A DNA stretch of 64,000 nt, from assembly GCA_964523395.1 (NCBI GenBank), contig CAZFXS010000004.1, positions 141,581 to 205,580 of the forward strand, written 5' to 3'. Every line of letters starts with the position of its first letter. Position 1 is the first letter of the stretch. The DNA comes from an uncultured Chlorobiaceae bacterium. Lineage in GTDB: Bacteria > Bacteroidota > Ignavibacteria > UBA10030 > SZUA-254. Positions 48,131-57,474 of the stretch are shown in pieces. Both the position numbers and the translations under genes were made by a program. The notes beneath the pieces are model-generated. The model made no database searches. It had not been told where the DNA came from and was given only the letters and a program-made list of their open reading frames with translations.

Positions 48131-50230
48131 ATGAAAATGTTTGTGTGTGTGCTCGCGACTATTGTGCTCTGTAACATTGCAGCGGCTCAATGGATACAAA
48201 CAAATGGTCCATCCGGCGGTACTGTGACACGTCTTGTCACTAATGAGACAAACGGTTACCTTTTTGCGCTGGCAAGCGGTGACGCGTACCGTTCAACCGA
48301 TCAAGGTACCACCTGGACGCGAAGCACTGCCAGTCTTCAGGCAAATCTCGGCGCTACTACAATAACAGCATCGGGAACATCGGTCTATATCGGCATCGGA
48401 AGCGGAAATACCACATATATCCTCTCCCGTTCGACCGATAACGGCGACACATGGACACCGGCAACCGCAACAGGCATACCGGCATTCTATATTCCTTCCG
48501 CAATGACAGTTACCGGTTCCAGACTGCTGCTCTACGCAACCTACCTTCTTGGTGGAGGAAAAATGTTCGCTTCCACCGACGGAGGTGAAAATTTTACCGA
48601 ATCCGGAGCAGGTTTACCGACCAATTTCGCCGCAGGATATTTTACGCAGAAGGGTTCAACAATCTTTGCCAGCAACACTAACCCGGGAATCTATCAATCG
48701 ACTGATAATGGAGTAAACTGGACAAAATCCAATTCTACCATCGGAGGCATCACCGGATTGACATCAAACTCTTCAGGAGTCTTTGTTTCTACCAGCACAA
48801 CCGGAGTTTACCGATCTAATGGCACGGATACGGTCTGGACAAAAATTAATCCCGACACTCCGTCGAACTTTACTTCTTCGATTCTCGCGACATCCACAAA
48901 TCTTTTCATTGCTCTTGGCGGCGCGATGATGCGCGCAGACCAAAATGGTGGCTCGTGGGACAGTGCACGCGTCGGACTCCCACCGTATAACGCAGGCACA
49001 GCCATCAGCGCCATTACTAAAACCGGTTCAAGCATCCTCTGTGCGTACGCAAAGCACGGCATTTACCGCACTACCGATAACGGCGTAAACTGGTTTCAGT
49101 CTCACGAGGGAGTGAAGTCGTTAAAAATCAACGGCATTCATGCAAGCAATGGATATTTATTTGCAGCGGGAGATCAATATGGGAATTTCAGAAGCGCCGA
49201 TCACGGAGACACGTGGACAGAAATCAACAATGGTATTTCCGTAACAGCTGGCTGGTTTTGTTTTGCGCGCGTCGGATCAGATGTGCTCGCAGGCGCCGGT
49301 TCATCTCTGCTGTACCGGAGTTCAGATAACGGAAATAACTGGACATTAAGCAACTCCGGATTCGCTCTTACCAACTCATTCGCGTTTTATGTTGAAGGCA
49401 ACACCGTCTACACCACAGGAGCAGCCGGTGTATCGAAATCGACAGATGGCGGATTGACGTGGAACACGCTTCCTGCGGGTTATCTCTTCTATGAAGGAGG
49501 GCTCGATATCTGGAAAGACGGTTCGAACATCCTGACCGGGTCTAATGTCGCAAGTCATCGCTCAACCGATGACGGTGCGTCATGGACAACAACCGCCGGA
49601 GCGATAGGAGCATTTACACAAATGGATTCAGTTCTTTTCAACGCTTCGCTTACTCTTGGTGTAAGAAAATCAACAGATCATGGTGCGAGCTGGACGGCGA
49701 CAGGAAGTTTTCCGTTTACGGTTGGCCCGCAATGTCTTACGGCCAAAGGGCAGGATCTTTATGCCGGAACGAATGACGGTGTTTATCGCTCAACAAATTA
49801 CGGAACTACGTGGACTGCAATTAATGACGGCTTTGCCCCGAAAACCTCTATCTACAAAATAACATTTGACGACCAGTATCTTTATGCGGGGACAGTTACG
49901 CGCAGTGTCTGGCGGCGGCCGCTTTCCGAAATCACTGACGTGAAGGAAATCTCTCAGGAAATTCCCTCTTCATATTCTCTCAGCCAGAATTATCCGAACC
50001 CGTTTAATCCAACGACAAATTTCGAATTACGAATTGCGAATTTCGGATTTGTGTCGGTGAAAATATTTGATGTGCTTGGAAACGAAATAACGACGCTGGT
50101 AAATGAATCGCTACAACCCGGAACTTACAATGTATCTTGGAATGCAAGCAATCAGCCCAGCGGCGTGTATTATTACAGGCTTTCGTCAGGGTCATTTTCC
50201 CAAACAAAAAAATTATTACTGATGAAATAA
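48131..50230 (+). CDS. T9SS type A sorting-domain protein with BNR/Asp-box propellers (paralog 2)
   Basis: Same architecture; GGAAG upstream. Confidence 0.9.
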   Translation: MKMFVCVLATIVLCNIAAAQWIQTNGPSGGTVTRLVTNETNGYLFALASGDAYRSTDQGTTWTRSTASLQANLGATTITASGTSVYIGIGSGNTTYILSRSTDNGDTWTPATATGIPAFYIPSAMTVTGSRLLLYATYLLGGGKMFASTDGGENFTESGAGLPTNFAAGYFTQKGSTIFASNTNPGIYQSTDNGVNWTKSNSTIGGITGLTSNSSGVFVSTSTTGVYRSNGTDTVWTKINPDTPSNFTSSILATSTNLFIALGGAMMRADQNGGSWDSARVGLPPYNAGTAISAITKTGSSILCAYAKHGIYRTTDNGVNWFQSHEGVKSLKINGIHASNGYLFAAGDQYGNFRSADHGDTWTEINNGISVTAGWFCFARVGSDVLAGAGSSLLYRSSDNGNNWTLSNSGFALTNSFAFYVEGNTVYTTGAAGVSKSTDGGLTWNTLPAGYLFYEGGLDIWKDGSNILTGSNVASHRSTDDGASWTTTAGAIGAFTQMDSVLFNASLTLGVRKSTDHGASWTATGSFPFTVGPQCLTAKGQDLYAGTNDGVYRSTNYGTTWTAINDGFAPKTSIYKITFDDQYLYAGTVTRSVWRRPLSEITDVKEISQEIPSSYSLSQNYPNPFNPTTNFELRIANFGFVSVKIFDVLGNEITTLVNESLQPGTYNVSWNASNQPSGVYYYRLSSGSFSQTKKLLLMK

Positions 50231-50274
50231 ACGGGAGTGCGGGGGCAACAACAAACAATAGGAGGAAACATTGT

Positions 50275-52440
50275 ATGAACATACTGTTACAGATCTGCCT
50301 GATTATCGTTGCAACATCGCTGACAGTTGCACAGCCTTTTTGGGAACGGTTGCCGGGACCAAATGCTACTCACAGCATTAATTGCCTTAAGGAGGATGCC
50401 GCCGGTGGAAAATTGTATGCCGGTACTGCCCTCGGTGGCGGGATATATGTATCGGCCGATAACGGGGCTACGTGGTCCCTTAAAGCTTCTGGTTTGGATC
50501 CGAACGCTTCAATCCTTGATATTGAAACCGATAACGCCGGCAACGTGTACGCCCTTGGTGTTAAAACATACAAATCAACAAACGGAGGCGATACATGGGA
50601 AAAACTTGACAATAGCACCGACGGCATGACTACATTACATATTACATCCGGAGGAGTTATTTTTGCAGGGCAAGAAACAGCTGTAGGAAACGGGATTACC
50701 AGATCAACCGATGGCGGAACTACCTGGGAATTTGCCAGAACCGGCCTTCCCACAACCATTCTCGGCCCATTCACCTATTATCGCAGTGTCTCGAGTATTA
50801 CCTCCGATGGTTCCGGAAATCTCTACTGCACAGTAAATGGCGGAAATGCGTCCACTGAAGCCGGAGTGTACAAATCAACAAACAATGGCGATACATGGAC
50901 ACGCACAAGCAACGGTTTGCTTGCAAACGTTAGCGTCGAGCCGGTACTGTACAGTCCGAACGGAATGATATATGCCGCGGTCAGAAACCGGGTGTACCAC
51001 AGCACTGACGCAGGCGCAAGCTGGGTTCTCGGCGATTCCATTCCAATGGCGAACTCCACCCTCATCAGCCGGCTGGCGGTGAATTCTTCGCATCAGATTT
51101 TTGCAGGTACAACGGCCGGAGTCTTCCGTGCCGCGAAAGGCGGAATTGGCTGGGCTTCAATCAACGTTCCTTCAAGCAGTAATTACGATTTCATTGTTAC
51201 TTCAGCAAACGCATACCTTGCGGCACCCCTTGAGATCTGGGGAACGCACGGCGGCATTCACCAATCAACCGACGATGGGGCTACATGGAACACATTAAAC
51301 AACGGCATAAATAACACACCGACATTCGCTCTCAAAGTCGGCTCCTCCGGCGTTATTTTGAACGGACTTGGCGGCGGCAGAGTTGAATTCTCTTATGATA
51401 ATGGTGCCACATTTACGCGGGCGTATCTTTCATACACCGGCCTCTTCACATTTGCTGCTCTTGCCGCGTTTGAAGAGAATCCTTCCGGCACCATTGTCGC
51501 AGCAACCGGAGAAGGGCTGCACACATCAACTGATCAAGGTGTTACGTGGACTAAAACATCGTCAGTCTCAAATCAGCGCGCATTGACATTAGACCAGAGC
51601 GGGAATTTTTTCGCAGCCAACGGAAGCGGCGCGTACAAATCAACAGATAACGGACAAACGTGGAATTCACTCGGCGGGGGCGGTGATGCCTATGGCATAT
51701 TGGTAACACAGGCCGGTACAATTCTGACAGGAACGTATAACAGCGGTGTTAACCGCACAACCGACGGCGGTACAACATGGACGAATTCGGGTACCATCGT
51801 GTTTGGTAATGTAACGATAGGAAAATTTGTTCAGCTTGACAATGGAACGATTTATACGCACGCTCTTCTCGGAATTTTCAAATCGACGGATGACGGCGCA
51901 ACATGGGCAGCCCTGACAGGAACACCCATTGGCGTACAATCCAGGAAAATTGAAAGCACCGGCAATATATTACTGCTTGGTACTCCGGAGGGGCTTTACA
52001 AAACCATAGACGGCGGCGCAAACTGGACAAAACACGCCGACGGCCTCATGAATACTGTTCTCGATCATCTTTCTGTTGGACCCGATGGACGGTTGTACGG
52101 CGCAGGCGGCGCCGGAATTTACCGCACAACAAATCCGATTACCACCGGCGTCGAACTATCATCCAATATCATTCCATCAGCGTTCGAACTTACACAGAAT
52201 TATCCGAACCCGTTTAACCCAATGACAAATTTCGAATTACGAATTGCGAATTTCGGATTCGTGACGTTACGTATTTACGATATGCTTGGAAAAGAAGTCG
52301 CATCGCTGATTAACAAAACGCTTCAACCCGGAATATACAAAGTTTCGTGGGACGCGGGTGCACAACCCAGCGGTGTATATTTTTACCGTCTCACCGCAGG
52401 TGAATTTAATCAAACAAAACAAATGATACTCATCAAATAA
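50275..52440 (+). CDS. T9SS type A sorting-domain protein with BNR/Asp-box propellers (paralog 3)
   Basis: GGAGG SD before ATG 50275; Asp-boxes; NYPNPFNP C-terminal domain. Confidence 0.9.
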   Translation: MNILLQICLIIVATSLTVAQPFWERLPGPNATHSINCLKEDAAGGKLYAGTALGGGIYVSADNGATWSLKASGLDPNASILDIETDNAGNVYALGVKTYKSTNGGDTWEKLDNSTDGMTTLHITSGGVIFAGQETAVGNGITRSTDGGTTWEFARTGLPTTILGPFTYYRSVSSITSDGSGNLYCTVNGGNASTEAGVYKSTNNGDTWTRTSNGLLANVSVEPVLYSPNGMIYAAVRNRVYHSTDAGASWVLGDSIPMANSTLISRLAVNSSHQIFAGTTAGVFRAAKGGIGWASINVPSSSNYDFIVTSANAYLAAPLEIWGTHGGIHQSTDDGATWNTLNNGINNTPTFALKVGSSGVILNGLGGGRVEFSYDNGATFTRAYLSYTGLFTFAALAAFEENPSGTIVAATGEGLHTSTDQGVTWTKTSSVSNQRALTLDQSGNFFAANGSGAYKSTDNGQTWNSLGGGGDAYGILVTQAGTILTGTYNSGVNRTTDGGTTWTNSGTIVFGNVTIGKFVQLDNGTIYTHALLGIFKSTDDGATWAALTGTPIGVQSRKIESTGNILLLGTPEGLYKTIDGGANWTKHADGLMNTVLDHLSVGPDGRLYGAGGAGIYRTTNPITTGVELSSNIIPSAFELTQNYPNPFNPMTNFELRIANFGFVTLRIYDMLGKEVASLINKTLQPGIYKVSWDAGAQPSGVYFYRLTAGEFNQTKQMILIK

Positions 52441-52455
52441 TCAGGAGAACAATCA

Positions 52456-55038
52456 ATGCGTACAGTACTCTTCTTCCTCACTGTTGTTGCTCTGCTTGTT
52501 GCTTTGCCGGTCGATCTTCCCCTTCTGGCCCAGGCAAAAGCGCCGGTGTGGAAAGAAAACCTCGGGGAAAAAATCATCGATTATCACTTCCTCCAGGATG
52601 GAAAATACCTTTTCTTTATTAACGGTAAATGGATGTGGTTGTATGACGCCAAGACCGGACAGAATATCTACAAGCACGAAGTTGATGATTTTGAGGGCGA
52701 CGGTATTCACAACCTTGTGGACAATAATAAGAAGTATCTTGTTAGCTCAGGGAATAAATTGCTTTGCTACGACCCTCTTACCGCCAAAATCATCTGGCAG
52801 CAGGAATATAAAGATATCAGCCAGGACGATTTTACGGATTTTGATTATGCCGGCAACAACGCGGTGATGCGATACGGGAATAAGCACATCGGCTTCAACC
52901 TTGAAACGGGGAATGAAGTATGGCGGAATGAAATAGAATACAACGGCGATTTGATGTTAAAGGGATCGGCAAACTGGTTTGAAGTATATGATTACGACCG
53001 CTTTATCGTCTGCGCGCCCGGGGATAACGTCCGCTTCTACAAACTTAGTGACGGACAGATGTTCCACGAGGAAAAGGACATTGAACCGAACGGCGATATT
53101 GTCGATGCGGGCAATAACTGGTACTACCGTACTGATGATGACAAATTTCTTCTGATGGTTGTGAATGACGGGGCATTATTGCTGGACATCCCGAATAATA
53201 AAATCGTTGCAAGACATAAATTCGGTGTCGGCGGCGATAAACCTGTGCTGGTGCCAACCACTGTTGGCTGCGCGATTCTCGGGAAAGAAAAAATCGTCCA
53301 CTTTAATTTTGCAACAATGCAGGTAACCGAAGTAGCATTTCCTCTGGACGATGTCCGCACCCTTCACACGTACAACGTTGCTGGAAAAGATTTGATGGTC
53401 TTCGGCGGTGACAGCAAAATGGCTGCCGTCGATCTCGTCGCCGGCAAACTGCTCTGGCAATCCGTAAAGGATGATAAGAACTTCGAAGGTTACGCGCACC
53501 ATTACGAAGAATCATTAGACGGAAAAACGCTTGTGTACGGCAACAATATCGTCTTCACATACAATAATCCGAACATCAGCGGTGATGAAAAAGGGACAAA
53601 TCTTTATCTTATGAGCGTCGATGCGCTTTCAGGAAAAGTAAATTACCGCGTGAAGGTAGGGCTCGGTGCATTCGTTATGACAAGCTTCACGCGCGGGCTT
53701 GCGAAAGTTATGACAAGCCTGTCAACCGGTTTTATGGCTGTTGCCTCAGCAGGAATGGCGGCAAACCCCGCCATGGCCGCGCAGGCACGTGTCAACGATA
53801 TGCTCGGATGGAACAACATCGGTTTTGATTATGAACTTGTTCCATTCAACGGCAATATACTCGTCGTTCTCAATACGACTGCGCACATGCAAAATCCTGA
53901 CACCAAAGATGATGGCGGTGAAGGATTTGTGTTAGTTGATCCCAACTCTGGAAAAATAATCTACAAGGATTACTTTGAACTCAGTGATGACGGCCAGGGA
54001 GGATTGGAACCGCCGCCGGTACGCGGCGATTTCGTCATCGAAAAGAACATCGCGTATATGACAGGGAAAAACCGTGTTGTTGCGTTCGATCTTAGTGCGG
54101 GAAAACGGCTCTGGACACTCGAAAAAGAAATGAAGAAAGATTTTCCTGTCGACCTTGCGTACATCGACGGTACATTGTTCTGCAAGTTCGGTAAAATCGA
54201 ATACAGCACCGCACTGGAAAAAGACGATATCAAGGTAACCGAAGGATGGAAAAAAGATCCGTATGGTTTCTGCGCGATTGATCCCTCCAGCGGAAAAATC
54301 CTCTGGCGTGTCGAAACGAAGAAAGATCCCGGGTTCTCTACTCCGTACTTCTCAATCGAACGCTACTATAATCCAAACACAAAGCAGCTTTATTTTGCCG
54401 ACGAAGAAAATGTGTACGGATTAAAACTTTCGAAGGATGGCGGCAAATATGACTGGACATACAACCTCGAGAAGAATAAAGTCGGAAAAATCAAACAGGA
54501 TGAATCGTACGCCATTAATAAAACGTGGCTCGGCATGGACCGCAAGGTTACGCAAACCGATTATTACTTCGGCGGAAGTTTCGCGTACAGCGTGAAAACA
54601 GATATCGGCGGCGTCAGCCAGAAAGGCGTTGCGGAATTTATGGACGACGCCATGAACGCCGAACTTTCTTCAACATACGAAAGCTGGGGAAACCACTGGG
54701 GCGTCAGCGCCAACCATTGCCTGCGCGTGTTATTTAACGGGAGCAGAATTCTTGCGATCGGTCCTGATGGTGTCGGTTACATCGATCCCGTCACCGGAAA
54801 AGGAGAGTGGGTGCATGATTGGAATTACGATAAAGGCGAAGTCCGCCTCCTTCCTCAGGTTATCGGCAGTAAATTTCTCTACTGTATTAAACAAAAACTG
54901 ACGCTGGTGGATTTGCAGAATGGTTCAAAAGTCTGGCAAGCGGAAGAAGCATCACATCCCGGCTTTTTCTTTGCGCCGGATGAGTCCGGGTTATACTCAA
55001 TCGATGACGAGGATATTTCGGGATACAATCTTAAGTAA
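52456..55038 (+). CDS. Exported PQQ-like (BamB-type) beta-propeller repeat protein
   Basis: Signal peptide; repeated .D..TG(K/N)..W motifs; GGAG SD; no T9SS CTD. Confidence 0.82.
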   Translation: MRTVLFFLTVVALLVALPVDLPLLAQAKAPVWKENLGEKIIDYHFLQDGKYLFFINGKWMWLYDAKTGQNIYKHEVDDFEGDGIHNLVDNNKKYLVSSGNKLLCYDPLTAKIIWQQEYKDISQDDFTDFDYAGNNAVMRYGNKHIGFNLETGNEVWRNEIEYNGDLMLKGSANWFEVYDYDRFIVCAPGDNVRFYKLSDGQMFHEEKDIEPNGDIVDAGNNWYYRTDDDKFLLMVVNDGALLLDIPNNKIVARHKFGVGGDKPVLVPTTVGCAILGKEKIVHFNFATMQVTEVAFPLDDVRTLHTYNVAGKDLMVFGGDSKMAAVDLVAGKLLWQSVKDDKNFEGYAHHYEESLDGKTLVYGNNIVFTYNNPNISGDEKGTNLYLMSVDALSGKVNYRVKVGLGAFVMTSFTRGLAKVMTSLSTGFMAVASAGMAANPAMAAQARVNDMLGWNNIGFDYELVPFNGNILVVLNTTAHMQNPDTKDDGGEGFVLVDPNSGKIIYKDYFELSDDGQGGLEPPPVRGDFVIEKNIAYMTGKNRVVAFDLSAGKRLWTLEKEMKKDFPVDLAYIDGTLFCKFGKIEYSTALEKDDIKVTEGWKKDPYGFCAIDPSSGKILWRVETKKDPGFSTPYFSIERYYNPNTKQLYFADEENVYGLKLSKDGGKYDWTYNLEKNKVGKIKQDESYAINKTWLGMDRKVTQTDYYFGGSFAYSVKTDIGGVSQKGVAEFMDDAMNAELSSTYESWGNHWGVSANHCLRVLFNGSRILAIGPDGVGYIDPVTGKGEWVHDWNYDKGEVRLLPQVIGSKFLYCIKQKLTLVDLQNGSKVWQAEEASHPGFFFAPDESGLYSIDDEDISGYNLK

Positions 55039-55066
55039 GCTAACCCCAACTAAGTGAGGTGAAGTC

Positions 55067-55106
55067 AGAAGAGGGTGAAGCATTTCTTTCGCCTTCTTCT
55101 TATTTT
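55067..55106 (+). terminator. Putative terminator of the 45778-55038 unit
   Basis: AGAAGAGGGTGAAG...CTTTCGCCTTCTTCT stem with G-U pairs, then TATTTT. Confidence 0.55.
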
Positions 55107-56305
55107 ATCTGCTTGAGTGCCTGGCGGAAATCTTCAATCAAATCATTAATTCCTTCAACGCCGACCGAAATTCTTATCATCCCGGGCGTAACGCCATGCT
55201 GAGCCAGTTCCGCTTTCGTCATGTTGATGTGGGATGAATAGACCGGAATGCTCACAAGTGTTTCCACACCGCCCAATGACATCGCGTTAAGCGCCACACG
55301 GAGTGAATCACATACTTTTGCAGCCGCTTTTACACCGCCTTTTACTTCAATTGTCACCATCCCGCCAAACCCGGCCATCTGTTTCTTGGCAATTTTATGT
55401 TGAGGATGTGAAGGAAGTCCGGGATACAGTACTCGGTTGACTTTAGGATGCTTTTCCAACGCACGCGCGAGCGCCATCGCGTTTCGATTTTGCCGCTCTA
55501 CACGGAGTTCAAATGTCTTCAGGCTACGATCGAGCAGATATGCCGCGAACGGATCGGCGCACCCGCCGAGCGACTTTGCCGTGTCTTTTACTTTCTTAAC
55601 AAACTCTTTTTTTCCGATGATAACGCCGCCCATGATATCGGCATGGCCGGATAAATATTTCGTTGTGCTTTCCATAATAACATCAGCACCAAACCCGAAC
55701 GGCTGCTGATTAAGAACAGACGCGAACGTATTGTCGATCATAACGATTATCTTTGTCCGGTGTTCACGCTCTACTTTTCTTGTGTATTTGACTAATTCTG
55801 CAATATCAACCAAGCCAAGCGTCGGATTTGTGGGTGTTTCGAGATAGAGAAGTTTCGTTCTTGGTGTGATGAGATACAGCAGGTCTTCAAGCGATTTCGG
55901 ATCGACATACTTCACCGTAACACCGTATTGGGGAAGTTCATCACGGAAGAATCTGTATGTGCCGCCATACAATCCCGGCGTGCTTACAATCTCATCGCCG
56001 CTTTTACATATTGTAAGTACTGCCGTTGATATTGCCGCCATACCGGAAGAAAACAGCGCCGCTGCTTCTCCCTCTTCCATCAGCGCAATACGCTTTTCAA
56101 CTTCGTTGACTGTTGGATTGTGATACCGCGTGTACACAAGAACATTCGGATCACCTTTCGCGTACCGGATTGCGTCGTTGGAGTTTTGGAGCCGGTACGT
56201 ACTCGTTTGGTAAATTGGAGTTGTCACAGGCCCGCGGATGCCGGAAGCATGTTTTCCGTGAATGGCGATTGTGGAAAGAGAGAGGGAGGGTTTTCTTTTT
56301 TTCAT
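55100..56305 (-). CDS. PLP-dependent trans-sulfuration enzyme (cystathionine gamma-synthase / methionine gamma-lyase family)
   Basis: PIYQTSTY, YTRYHNPT, FSSGMAAI, ETPTNPTL, DNTF, ESTTKYLSGH, SLGGVETL. Confidence 0.92.
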   Translation of the reverse strand: MKKRKPSLSLSTIAIHGKHASGIRGPVTTPIYQTSTYRLQNSNDAIRYAKGDPNVLVYTRYHNPTVNEVEKRIALMEEGEAAALFSSGMAAISTAVLTICKSGDEIVSTPGLYGGTYRFFRDELPQYGVTVKYVDPKSLEDLLYLITPRTKLLYLETPTNPTLGLVDIAELVKYTRKVEREHRTKIIVMIDNTFASVLNQQPFGFGADVIMESTTKYLSGHADIMGGVIIGKKEFVKKVKDTAKSLGGCADPFAAYLLDRSLKTFELRVERQNRNAMALARALEKHPKVNRVLYPGLPSHPQHKIAKKQMAGFGGMVTIEVKGGVKAAAKVCDSLRVALNAMSLGGVETLVSIPVYSSHINMTKAELAQHGVTPGMIRISVGVEGINDLIEDFRQALKQIK

Positions 56306-56321
56306 TTGTAAAACCGAAAAG

Positions 56322-56632
56322 TATATGAGTAATTGAGATTATGAGTATATGAGACTGAAAATATTACACCAATCGTTTTTGTAATCCGTAAACCATAGCA
56401 ATTACCTCATTCACCGAGTTCGTGGTTTTCAAATATACAGCCATCGCAATGAATTCATTTTCAAGCGCAATATAATGAGTGCTTTCCGATAAACGTTCAA
56501 CTCTTTTAAGCGATGCATATTACTCCTCCCTGCTTTGTTTGTAAAGTTGACTTCTTTATTCTTAAATACTTATTATCTTCCATGCTACGGTGCTCACAAT
56601 CTCATATACTCCACTACTCATCATCTCACATA
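56322..56632. repeat. Inverted octamer arrays flanking the four-helix-bundle relic
   Basis: Left TATATGAG TAATTGAG ATTATGAG TATATGAG (56322-56353); right CTCACAAT CTCATATA CTCCACTA CTCATCAT CTCACATA (56593-56632). Confidence 0.75.
56364..56518 (-). pseudogene. Internally deleted, frameshifted four-helix-bundle (23S-IVP/Avd-like family) gene
   Basis: GGGAGGAG SD; MHRLKELNVYRKAL N-terminus joined out of frame to HYIALENEFI...NEVIAMVYGLQKRLV*. Confidence 0.65.
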
Positions 56633-56633
56633 C

Positions 56634-57401
56634 CTATCTCGCGCACGTCTGCGCCCTTCCGCCATCAATACTGAAGCTTCCGCCTGTGACCCATCCTGCC
56701 TTATCGGATGCAAGGAAGAGAATCAGTTCCGCAACATCTTCCGGTGTACCAACGCGGCCAAGCGGGTGCGTTGACTTACTGTGCTCGAGAAATTTCGTGT
56801 AAACATCTTCCTGCATTCCGCTGGTGCGGTGAAGATTCGTCACAACCACGCCGGGATCAACGGCATTCACTCGTACACCTTTGGGTCCGAGTTCCAGCGC
56901 CGCACAGTGCGTCATCTGGTCAACGCCCGCTTTGCTCACGCAATACGCCAGAACATTGGGAAAAGAGCGGATACCTGTAACGCTGGAAACATTGACGATA
57001 TTTCCTTTCCGTTCTATAATAGAAGGAAGCGCAAGCTGGGTCAGATGAAACACTGACCGCAGATTGATATCGAACATTGCATCCCATTGCTGAAGCGTGG
57101 TGTTCTCAATCGTTCCGTTGCCGATGATACCTGCGGCATTTACAAGGACGTCGATCCCGCCGAAATGGGAGAGAGTTTTTTCGACAACCATCTTGCGGTC
57201 ATCGAGTTTTGTCAGGTCCGCAGCGATAATTAGAACCTGAGCCGGTTTGAGGTTTGAGGTTTGGGATTTGAGTTCGTTACCTCTGCGCGCGACAAACACC
57301 ACGTTCGCGCCACGCTCTACAGCCATGCGCGCCGTGGCTTTGCCGATACCGCTCGATGCGCCGGTAACGATGAAGGTTTTGTTGAAGAATTCTTTGGTCA
57401 T
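56634..57401 (-). CDS. Short-chain dehydrogenase/reductase
   Basis: TGASSGIG, NAAG, NVSS, YCVSK, GGSFSIDGG. Confidence 0.93.
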   Translation of the reverse strand: MTKEFFNKTFIVTGASSGIGKATARMAVERGANVVFVARRGNELKSQTSNLKPAQVLIIAADLTKLDDRKMVVEKTLSHFGGIDVLVNAAGIIGNGTIENTTLQQWDAMFDINLRSVFHLTQLALPSIIERKGNIVNVSSVTGIRSFPNVLAYCVSKAGVDQMTHCAALELGPKGVRVNAVDPGVVVTNLHRTSGMQEDVYTKFLEHSKSTHPLGRVGTPEDVAELILFLASDKAGWVTGGSFSIDGGRAQTCAR

Positions 57402-57402
57402 A

Positions 57403-57474
57403 AGTAAAAATTAAAAAGTAAAAAGTCAAAAAGGAATAGATCTTATTTTTTGCTTTTTCCTTTTGACTTTTTAA
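57403..57474. repeat. Inverted heptamer arrays; one arm encodes the UDG C-terminus
   Basis: AGTAAAA ATTAAAA AGTAAAA AGTCAAA (57403-57430) and TTATTTT TTGCTTT TTCCTTT TGACTTT (57443-57470). Confidence 0.7.

Noticed and set aside
50137-50274. N-terminal extension of T9SS paralog 3
   Set aside because: It overlaps the previous gene; the SD and signal peptide start at 50275
47851-56518. Diversity-generating retroelement (repeated CTD segments plus an Avd-like relic)
   Set aside because: No reverse transcriptase in the window; differences among the repeats are transitions not confined to adenines
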